The translations under genes were made by a program, and so were the position numbers. Shown one piece after another: positions 58,208 through 58,676 of a DNA stretch of 58,676 nt (its first letter is position 1; every line of letters begins with the position of its first letter). The stretch comes from Asterionella formosa (lineage: Eukaryota). The stretch covers positions 1-58,676 of the forward strand of contig NKIB01013380.1 in NCBI GenBank assembly GCA_002256025.1, read 5' to 3'. The notes under the pieces are model-generated. The model worked only from the letters and a program-made list of their open reading frames with translations. It was not told where the DNA came from and searched no databases.

Positions 58208-58676
58208 TTTGTTTTTGATTTCTGGACGGCCGCACTATTACAGCGGCCAAGACTTTCTCAGCTTGAATTGGATCTCTCAAGAGGAGGTACAGGTAGTCTA
58301 ATATTAAAGGGATCTCTCAATGTGTTGCAATGTTTGATGGATACTGTTGAACATCAAATTCCCTCTGTTGAAAACGATGATGGGAACAAAAGTGTGTATC
58401 GGTACCAGTATTCTCCTCATACACTCGTCCCTTCTGATGATACGTAGGATTCCGCTACTCGACGACTATGATACTTGACACATGAAATGTTCGGGAACAC
58501 CTGGTACCTGGTACTCCGAGCGCGCACCTACCGTATACTTCATTGTCCTGGACCCCCCCTATGGTTGCTGGACCCCCCTGTACATTTTTCTCGAGGTGGA
58601 ACCAAACACCCAATAATTTTCTTGTCATAGACAAAGTAACGTGCTATAATTCTTTTTGTCCTCGTAGGCACTAGTA

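Noticed and set aside
58546..58580. CTGGACCCCCC direct repeat near the window end
   Set aside because: Too short and too close to the edge to interpret.

Overview
Eukaryotic nuclear DNA, most likely from a pennate diatom (inferred from short GT-AG introns, signal peptide plus F-motif bipartite plastid presequences and gene content). About 20 protein genes alternate with CpG-poor transposon relics. Recognisable genes: two inverted paralogues of a secreted Pro/Thr-rich protein, a TRF-architecture Myb protein, a TMEM64/TVP38-family protein, a helicase-associated (HA)-repeat protein, an EEF2KMT-like methyltransferase, a NAT8-like GNAT, an SDR, ANKZF1/Vms1, RPS17, PIG-B, a DUF3119 plastid protein, ISCA1, a BIN4-like topoisomerase VI accessory protein, a two-domain glycosyltransferase-like protein, aminopeptidase P, GEX1/KAR5, an ER thioredoxin, an HU-like protein with a mitochondrial-type presequence, and a full-length CTC1. 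Mobile DNA includes a degenerate PIF/Harbinger, a 1.55-kb element with ~196-bp inverted ends, and a ~100-bp MITE family. The most striking non-coding signal is a highly iterated palindrome family (TACCGGTA and CCTGGTACCAGG) clustered at gene flanks. Family assignments come from remembered motifs, not database searches.
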